From Calditrichia bacterium (GTDB lineage: Bacteria > Calditrichota > Calditrichia > RBG-13-44-9), in contig JARRQT010000053.1 in NCBI GenBank assembly GCA_037381445.1, forward strand, positions 1-26,522: a stretch of 26,522 nt of DNA, in the 5' to 3' direction. The notes beneath the pieces are model-generated. The model was not told the DNA's origin, did not search any database, and saw nothing but the letters and a program-made list of their open reading frames with translations. Shown in pieces: positions 24,365 through 26,522 of this stretch. Within the stretch, counting starts at the first letter, position 1, and every line of letters begins with the position of its first letter. A program made the translations under genes and the position numbers.

Positions 24365-25267
24365 ATGTCAAAAGTCATTCTTAAGACCGAGATACCCGAT
24401 GGCCGTTTACTCAACCGTGGTAAAGTGCGGGACATTTATGATGCCGGTGAGTTCCTTTTAATTGTCACCACCGACCGTATTTCCGCTTTCGATGTTGTCA
24501 TGAATGAGGGCATACCCTACAAAGGAATTGTTCTGACCCAGATTTCCAAATATTGGTTTGATCAAACCAAAAACATCATCCCAAATCATTTCATCACGGA
24601 TCAGGTCGATGAATTCCCTGCGCCTTATAAACACTACCACGAAGAGTTGGAAGGGCGGGGCATGCTGGTACGAAAGGCGAATCCGTTTCCGGTGGAATGT
24701 ATCGTACGGGGGTACCTGGCAGGTTCGGCGTGGAAAGAATACAAAGATACCGGTTCGTTTTCCGGCATAGAACTGCCCGGGGATTTGATGAATTCCTCCC
24801 CGCTTCCGGAACCGTTTTTCACCCCCAGCACAAAAGCAGAAACCGGTCATGATGAAAATATCACTTTCGATCAGATGAAGGAGCTGATCGGCGGGGACAT
24901 CAGTGAAAGACTGAGAGACACCAGTCTGAAACTGTATAAAACCGGCGCTGAAATTGCCCACAAGAAAGGCATAATTATCGCGGATACGAAATTTGAGTTT
25001 GGTCTGTTCAATAAAGAGCTTTTCCTGATCGATGAAATTCTGACACCCGATTCTTCCCGTTTCTGGCCGGCGTCATCTTATCATCCCGGAAAGAGCCAGC
25101 CAAGTCTCGATAAGCAGTATCTGCGTGATTACCTGGAGAGTCTGCCCTGGAAGAAAACGCCGCCGCCGCCCCATTTACCGGACGATATTATCAAAAATAC
25201 ATCCAAAAAGTATCAGGAAATCCTGGAAATTCTGACCGGAAAAACCATAAACGATTTTGTATCCTGA
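24365..25267 (+). CDS. purC: SAICAR synthetase
   Basis: [70 protein letters not shown]. Confidence 0.97.
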   Translation: MSKVILKTEIPDGRLLNRGKVRDIYDAGEFLLIVTTDRISAFDVVMNEGIPYKGIVLTQISKYWFDQTKNIIPNHFITDQVDEFPAPYKHYHEELEGRGMLVRKANPFPVECIVRGYLAGSAWKEYKDTGSFSGIELPGDLMNSSPLPEPFFTPSTKAETGHDENITFDQMKELIGGDISERLRDTSLKLYKTGAEIAHKKGIIIADTKFEFGLFNKELFLIDEILTPDSSRFWPASSYHPGKSQPSLDKQYLRDYLESLPWKKTPPPPHLPDDIIKNTSKKYQEILEILTGKTINDFVS

Positions 25268-25279
25268 CGGGAACCGCAA

Positions 25280-26287
25280 ATGCTGACCAAAATCTCAGTG
25301 ATCGGCGCCGGAAGCTGGGGGACCACCCTGGCCAATCTGCTGGCAGCCAAAGGCCATGAAACCCTCCTTTATGTTTATGAAGAGGAGCAGTTTCTGGAAA
25401 TGAAAAAATCCCATCGCAATGAAAAATACCTCCCGGACGTTCAGTTGACAAAATCCCTGAAATTTACCGACAGTCTGGATGAAGCGGCCGCCTTCTCCGA
25501 ATACTTGGTCATGGCGGTCCCGTCCCATGTTTTACGGGGTGTGCTGGATATCCTGGGCGACCGCAATCTTTCCCGCAAAGTATTTATTAACGTTGCCAAG
25601 GGGATTGAGAACGATACGCTCCTGCGCATGTCGCAGGTTATCCATAAGACCACCGGCGCCACCTATTCCCGCATCGCAACCTTGTCCGGGCCGAGCCATG
25701 CCGAAGAGGTCAGCAAGGGAGTGGCAACGGCGATTGTCGTTGCCAGCAGCAATCTGGAAACCGCCCGGCTTGTCCGGGACATTTTCCGAACCGATTATTT
25801 CAGGGTTTATTCCAGCACCGATATTGTGGGCGTGGAATTGGGCGGCGCATTGAAAAATGTCATTGCTATTGCCGCCGGGATTGCCGACGGCGCCGGATTC
25901 GGGGATAATACCAAAGCGGCTTTGATGACCCGCGCTCTGGTGGAAATGACCCGCCTGGGAATGGATATGGGAGCGAAAATGCAGACTTTCTCGGGCCTGT
26001 CGGGAATGGGAGATCTTATCGTTACCTGCATGAGCCGGCACAGCCGGAACCGCTACGTCGGTGAACAGATCGGAAAAGGAATGAAATTGCAGCAGGTGCT
26101 GGATAATATGGTGATGGTTGCCGAGGGAGTAAAAACGACCCTGTCCGTCCACCAATTACTGGAAAAACATCCGGTGCAGATGCCGATTTCCAATGAAGTC
26201 TATCAGGTATTATTCCATGACAAGGCGCCCCGCGAGGCGGTCCGCGACCTGATGACGCGCGATCCGAAAGAGGAAACCATTCACTGA
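25280..26287 (+). CDS. gpsA: NAD(P)H-dependent glycerol-3-phosphate dehydrogenase
   Basis: GAGSWGT, AKGIE, LSGPSHAEEV, GVELGGALKNVIAIAAG, GDNTKAALMTR, GMGDLIVTCMSRHSRNR, VAEGV, MPI. Confidence 0.97.
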   Translation: MLTKISVIGAGSWGTTLANLLAAKGHETLLYVYEEEQFLEMKKSHRNEKYLPDVQLTKSLKFTDSLDEAAAFSEYLVMAVPSHVLRGVLDILGDRNLSRKVFINVAKGIENDTLLRMSQVIHKTTGATYSRIATLSGPSHAEEVSKGVATAIVVASSNLETARLVRDIFRTDYFRVYSSTDIVGVELGGALKNVIAIAAGIADGAGFGDNTKAALMTRALVEMTRLGMDMGAKMQTFSGLSGMGDLIVTCMSRHSRNRYVGEQIGKGMKLQQVLDNMVMVAEGVKTTLSVHQLLEKHPVQMPISNEVYQVLFHDKAPREAVRDLMTRDPKEETIH

Positions 26288-26522
26288 GTCGGTGCGGCAA
26301 CATGCAGGGAATTTTAGCTTTCTTGCAAAATATTTCAATTCAGCAGTGCGGGAATGATATTTTAGCGTTGCGGAAATTCAGTTTTGATAGTATATTAAGG
26401 TGGTTTTTGGCTAACAAATCGTGGTGATTTGTCGCATATTGCAACCACGTAAAATAAATTGCTAAAAAGCTATTTTGAAAAACGGAGATTAGGTAGAATT
26501 TCCCCCTGGCTTTTTGGCAGGG

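Overview
A gene-dense bacterial chromosomal window with four blocks and no rRNA, tRNA, CRISPR array or transposase that I can support. Gene content suggests a Gram-negative organism, possibly Calditrichota/FCB-related (inference only). (1) 1-2200, minus strand: an SOS module. lexA has a clear TTGACA-17-TATTAT promoter and a perfect GTGAAC-N4-GTTCAC operator over the predicted start site. It is followed by an HTH-less UmuD/LexA-like S24 protein whose catalytic Lys is replaced by Arg, a DUF6504-like small protein and a hypothetical protein. (2) 2439-18858, plus strand: an unusually extended Bat (MoxR/VWA/TPR) cluster: TPR lipoprotein, BatD-like membrane protein, moxR, DUF58, a TPR + PrsA/SurA-like lipoprotein lacking the parvulin domain, a second BatD-like paralog, an embedded GldA/GldF/GldG-type ABC system plus DUF4340, then batA-batE and spoVG. 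(3) 18928-23600, minus strand: an aromatic amino-acid operon, aroF-aroA-aroC::chorismate mutase fusion-tyrA, preceded by a promoter, an unannotated 19-aa Phe/Tyr-rich leader peptide and a terminator/antiterminator (attenuator). (4) 23719-26287, plus strand: plsY-purC-gpsA. DUF58 and aroC each carry an internal deletion plus frameshift, either real lesions or assembly joins. All family assignments are from motif recognition by eye; no database search was run.
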